DNA of 24,205 bases from Catajapyx aquilonaris (Eukaryota), in contig KZ538291.1 in assembly GCA_000934665.2 (NCBI GenBank), positions 62,001-86,205 on the forward strand, in the 5' to 3' direction. Shown in pieces: positions 22,430 through 24,205 of this stretch. A model generated the notes under the pieces. That model was not told the origin of the DNA. It was given only the letters and a program-made list of their open reading frames with translations, and made no database searches. Both the position numbers and the translations under genes were made by a program. How positions within the stretch are numbered: position 1 is the stretch's first letter; every line of letters starts with the position of its first letter.

Positions 22430-23176
22430 AATTTAATAATCATATATCGCAAATTACAAGCAGCACCACTTACATATGTGCGATTTGCAAACGCGATATC
22501 GCGCATATAAATACGATATTCACCAAATACCGGTTTTTGCCGAGTTGTGCAAAACGGGTGGTGAAGGGTCCCAACTGCCAAATACAAAACCGTCACTGGA
22601 AGAAAGTTTGCGGATGATAAAGTGCACTCCCCCTTTTCCCTCCAAACATTTTCGTCGGGAGGTGGGGGAAGGAGAAGGGAGGGAGGGAGGGAAGACTACT
22701 GGTCCACAAGACTTCCTCCTCAGACGAAGGAAAACCACGTCAAACGGGAGGAAACGTCCTTCCGAGGAGCTCCATTATGCATAGAGGGGGGTAGGGGGGG
22801 GGGAGAGAAAGTTTTTTCCTCTCCCTTCCTCCCCCGCCTCTCCCCACCTCATTCCCCAATCCCAGTTCCTTTTCGAAACCCGAGTTTTGTGGTGGGAAAG
22901 CGAGCTTGCAAAAAGGGGACGGGGGAGGAAAAATATATATCCAAAGAAGGAGAGGGAGGAGGGGGAGGGTGGAATCGAAATTCGACGATTTTTTTGATGG
23001 CGAAAACGGTAGGGATATAGAACGTATCTGTTTGGCATCATTGTTGCCAATAGAAATCCAATATACGAGTAATCAGACTTAATGATAATTATTATGATTG
23101 TACTGAAAGTAAGTTAGAACCTCATCAAAAAGTGCTTCCAAAGTGTAGAAATTAATTCCAAAATTAAGCTATTTTA

Positions 23177-23460
23177 AATATTAATATTAATTCGAAAAAT
23201 AATATTAATTCGCCAATTAATATTCGAAAAATAATATTTATTCAAAAAATAATATTAATTCGCCAATTAATATTAATTCGAAAAATAATATTAATTCGCC
23301 AATTAATATTAATTCTAAAAATAATATTAATTCGCAAATTAAGATTAATTCGAAAAATAATATTAATGCGCAAATTAAGATTAATTCGAAAAATAATATT
23401 AATTCGCACCAAATTAATAGTAATTCGAAAATTAAGCAATTTCCCAAATTAATATTAATA
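23177..23460. repeat. 36-bp (2x18) AT-rich minisatellite (aattaatattaattcgaaaaataatattaattcgcc)
   Basis: Directly visible; produces the 12-aa periodic pseudo-ORFs. Confidence 0.93.
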
Positions 23461-23650
23461 TGACAATTAACCCAGATAATTATGCCCTACATATTTTTTG
23501 TAAAGTAACTTGCAAAATATTTTTACTAGAAAAATAATGTAAATATCTGAAAATATTACAACTGTACAAGTGTCCCATATAGGACGGTAGACATATCTGC
23601 TGTAATTTTATAAAAATTATATTAGTACAAAATCTAGTTCATTGTCCCTC

Positions 23651-23705
23651 CCACCAGAGGCGCTGCCTTCCCCCATTGCGCAGGCGCAGAACAGGGGCCA
23701 ATCAG
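23651..23705. promoter_or_regulatory. Motif cluster: CTCF-like, NRF1-like and CCAAT box
   Basis: ccaccagaggcgctg (23651-23665), tgcgcaggcgca (23677-23688) and ggccaatcag (23696-23705). Motif matches only; the cluster could be transposon-borne. Confidence 0.3.
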
Positions 23706-24205
23706 AAACCTCTCATGGAATGACGGCTTTTAATATTTTATATTAGGGTATTTTTTTATAAAAAGTAGCCAAATATATATTTTATTCTCATATTACGTCA
23801 AAACCTACTATAGATGAAATATTTTACGAACGCTACCGAGTGCGCACCCACAGTCGCGCAAGTCCACTTTTCCGACAACAACATTGCCACAGTTCTCATG
23901 GTTCAAATTCACACCAGTAGCCTTGGAAACATCGAAGAAGTCGGCCCTTCACCCCTTCAAGCTTAGTGTTGGAAACAATTTACGCGAACTGTGTTGCGTA
24001 CTCGGATAGTGAGGAACAAATGCTGGACTTTTCCAACCATAAAACTTACATTTGAATCATCTCTCCACCAATCAAAGCCTAACTAGGCCGCCTGAAATAA
24101 AGTCCATAACTTACCCCCAACATCCCCATAAAGTACCCCATAAGTAAAGATCACCCCCCCCCCCTATTGCAACTGGGCCAACTCACCCCCACCAATAAAT
24201 TCATG

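Noticed and set aside
4933..23447. Periodic ORFs at 4933, 10063, 14298-14750, 19634, 21082-21839, 22318 and 23238
   Set aside because: All are translations of tandem arrays.

Overview
This window looks like non-coding eukaryotic DNA, probably from an invertebrate animal (inferred, not established). I can support no protein-coding, rRNA, tRNA or CRISPR feature: the long ORFs are read-throughs of tandem arrays or short chance frames. The window alternates between two kinds of sequence. The first is repeat blocks: many unrelated minisatellites (units of 10-36 bp) and at least six foldback/MITE-like inverted-repeat elements. The second is short (about 0.2-0.7 kb) non-repetitive, higher-GC islands rich in TAAT/ATTA motifs and G/C runs. 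The clearest structures are a hAT-like MITE (939-1335) with an exact 8-bp TSD whose left TIR is amplified into an 18-copy array, a foldback inserted at AGCT inside another hairpin repeat (391-621), a MITE carrying CRE, CCAAT and YY1-like motifs (8810-9066), a near-perfect 91-bp inverted repeat (15528-15983) and a Helitron-like 5' end (19561). I found no convincing new gene system. The candidate novelty is in transposon and satellite architecture.
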